From Methanolobus sp. WCC5 (GTDB lineage Archaea > Halobacteriota > Methanosarcinia > Methanosarcinales > Methanosarcinaceae), in NCBI RefSeq assembly GCF_045690325.1, contig NZ_CP146981.1, forward strand, positions 1,044,853 through 1,108,852: a stretch of DNA of 64,000 nt, written 5' to 3'. Positions 63,066 through 64,000 of the stretch are shown in pieces (the stretch's first letter is position 1; each line of letters begins with the position of its first letter). Both the position numbers and the translations under genes were made by a program. The notes below the pieces were generated by a model. It did not search any database. It was not told where the DNA came from and saw only the letters and a list, made by a program, of their open reading frames with translations.

Positions 63066-64000
63066 TTAAGACTGATATACTCCTGCAAACTCTACAAAGT
63101 CAAAGAAGTCTATTACGCCATCATCATTGAAGTCGAAGATTGCGTTGTAGTTGCTGTCACCCATTACTGAGTTGTAGCAAGCTGCAAATTCAACGAAGTC
63201 AAAGAAGTTGACAACTTCATCACCGTTGTAGTCACCCTTCATCTCTTCAACCGGTGGTTCATTGTTGTTGCCAGCAGGTACACCGCCATTCATGTACAGT
63301 CCTGTACCATCCAGTGGGTTGTGCGTGAACATGAGCCTCTGCATTACATCTGGCTCTTCACATACCACAGAGTTCGGTGCAAGGAATGAACTGGTCAGCA
63401 GGTAGTCACCTGTTCCGCCTGCATTTGGTACATCCGGATAGACAAACTCCTTGTAGAAGTCAGGCATAGTCCTGATGTGCAGCCATACCCAGCTCTGAAC
63501 TGGTGATACAGAGTTGGATGAGGGTTGGATCATACCTTCACAAAGGATCTCCAGCAGGTTGGTGTGGAACCTTTCCTCAATGTCCTTACCGGTGAAGTAT
63601 ATCTCAAGGGCCGGGACAGTGAACATGCGCTCGGCAATGGTATCCCATGAACTGTCTATGTACATATCCTGATACCAGAGCAGATCATCAAATCCTGGTG
63701 TTCCTACTCCGGCAGCAAGTATCTGGCCATAGTAGCAGGTTGTGGTCTCATCTGGCACGGAGTGTGGCACATCGATGTCATCGATCATGACGTACTCGCG
63801 GTTGAATGGTGGCAGTACAGGAATGATCTCATAGTTATCGACCATCTTCTTAACGACTGAGAGGTCGTTCAGTGCAACATCCTGGTGTTCTGGTATCGGG
63901 TTCCTTATGGTAATGTACTTGACATTGTCCTCAGCACTACCAAAGATAGCTGCAACGTCATACTCGGCACCGTCAACGAAGAATGTCTCACCTGTGTGAA
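63066..64000 (-). CDS. Dockerin-containing protein; partial, N-terminus lies beyond the window
   Basis: The C-terminus has a duplicated Ca-binding dockerin repeat (GDYNGDEVVNFFDFVEFAACY … FDFNDDGVIDFFDFVEFAGVY). The frame stays open upstream of the M at 63845 through to the window edge. Confidence 0.7.
   Translation of the reverse strand, partial: HTGETFFVDGAEYDVAAIFGSAEDNVKYITIRNPIPEHQDVALNDLSVVKKMVDNYEIIPVLPPFNREYVMIDDIDVPHSVPDETTTCYYGQILAAGVGTPGFDDLLWYQDMYIDSSWDTIAERMFTVPALEIYFTGKDIEERFHTNLLEILCEGMIQPSSNSVSPVQSWVWLHIRTMPDFYKEFVYPDVPNAGGTGDYLLTSSFLAPNSVVCEEPDVMQRLMFTHNPLDGTGLYMNGGVPAGNNNEPPVEEMKGDYNGDEVVNFFDFVEFAACYNSVMGDSNYNAIFDFNDDGVIDFFDFVEFAGVYQS

Overview
This 64 kb window looks archaeal and is most consistent with a Methanosarcinales-type, probably halophilic, methanogen. 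The supporting evidence is the L7Ae-S28e-L24e-Ndk-aIF5B-S6e block, aTrm56, an archaeal AMP phosphorylase, and an acidic proteome at roughly 42-44% GC. The first ~29 kb is ordinary housekeeping and is densely coding. It holds flavodoxin, a Nif3 protein, trm56, AMP phosphorylase, ferredoxin, a CDA-family deaminase, MscS, prephenate dehydratase, a MoxR-DUF58-vWA (Bat-like) operon, metY-metX(CBS), gyrB-gyrA, pdxS-pdxT and a PNPOx-like protein. The most unusual locus lies at 29.7-39.1 kb. It is a compact, apparently uncharacterised membrane-remodelling-type cluster. Its core is a small RHH protein translationally coupled to an ESCRT-III/Snf7(PspA)-like protein, followed by a Vps4-like MIT-AAA+ ATPase. 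Flanking the core are an SPFH/flotillin-like protein with a C-terminal zinc ribbon, two membrane proteins that share a conserved 'TIxDSIIQRS + zinc-ribbon' C-terminal module, and two further hypothetical proteins. A conserved ribosomal/translation block and sufCB follow at 39-46 kb. The last 18 kb is an accessory cell-surface region. It contains an archaeosortase-family gene and two paralogous DUF11-repeat surface proteins that end in VPxxxP-type C-terminal sorting signals. One of these is 2065 aa and carries eleven near-identical 321-bp tandem repeats. An IS630-family element with an A8 frameshift site sits just upstream of the giant gene. Also present are two Cys-rich paralogs flanking a nested-palindrome element, two paralogous mini-wHTH genes that share a conserved leader, and a three-cohesin scaffoldin adjacent to a dockerin protein. 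No rRNA, tRNA or CRISPR array was found.
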